Shown: positions 25,482 to 25,708 of the stretch, piece after piece
Layout: every line of letters starts with the position of its first letter
Numbering within the stretch: the first letter of the stretch is position 1
NCBI GenBank assembly: GCA_034440375.1
Contig: JAWXBZ010000018.1
Location: forward strand, 1-25,708
Source: Candidatus Eiseniibacteriota bacterium
GTDB taxonomy: Bacteria; Eisenbacteria; RBG-16-71-46; JABDJR01; JAWXBZ01
DNA: 25,708 nt
Direction: 5' to 3'
Translations under genes and position numbers: made by a program
Notes under the pieces: model-generated
Seen by the model: only the letters and a program-made list of their open reading frames with translations
What the model was told of the DNA's origin: nothing
Databases searched by the model: none

Positions 25482-25708
25482 GTCCATGACCACGTTTCGA
25501 TTTCAGAGACGGCTCCCGACCTGCTATCGGCCGTTTCTTCGGCAGCGCCAACTTGAGCGGCAACTTGACCGACTCCGCTGACCGGAGTTCCCGACCGCCA
25601 CAGTGGGATGGAAGCCGCTCTCTATTTCTTGGGGTCGGTGACCGACAGACCGGCAACGGTGAGTAGCATTTGCATCTTTGTTCCTGCCCCCGCCGGCCCC
25701 TTCTCTTC

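Noticed and set aside
25620-25708. Possible c-di-GMP-I riboswitch on the minus strand (GATGCAAA...CCGGTCT)
   Set aside because: Lacks the GGCAAAC/GNRA P2 architecture and correct spacing.
19514-25708. CRISPR array or cas genes accompanying the TPR-CHAT
   Set aside because: No regularly spaced repeats or Cas-like ORFs were seen; the hairpins after 25170 differ from one another.

Overview
GC-rich, gene-dense bacterial chromosomal window. A secreted protein with a T9SS-CTD/FlgD-Ig-like tail and an outer-membrane beta-barrel suggest a diderm FCB-group-related lineage (inference). I found no rRNA, tRNA, CRISPR array or transposase. Gene order: (1) a + strand run of a 5'-truncated membrane-anchored beta-helix protein, a 1241-aa GltD/NfnB-NfnA-like fused flavo-iron-sulfur oxidoreductase, CnoX with WCGPC, and an alpha/beta hydrolase whose nucleophile Ser is replaced by Gly; (2) a - strand DNA-damage/stress block of a small DUF6504/ImuB-C-like gene, a Y-family polymerase with clamp motif and RecA-NT-like tail, mazE-mazF, a DinB-family gene and a sugar-dehydrogenase-like propeller, behind an AT-rich promoter carrying an ATTACTA-N10-TAGTAAT palindrome; (3) two pseudogenes not recognisable in the ORF track (DUF1569-like and a di-heme cytochrome c), both with internal deletions, around DUF1579 and VOC genes; (4) lemA-TPM-TPM, an OMP, an EamA transporter, a NYN-LOTUS protein and YqjE/DUF3618/DUF883-like genes; (5) the strongest candidate system: ECF sigma, soluble zinc anti-sigma, catalytically intact TPR-CHAT caspase-like protease and S8 lipoprotein protease, a CRISPR-independent arrangement resembling Craspase signalling, followed by about 540 bp of hairpin-rich non-coding DNA. 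All family assignments come from motif recognition by eye, not database searches.
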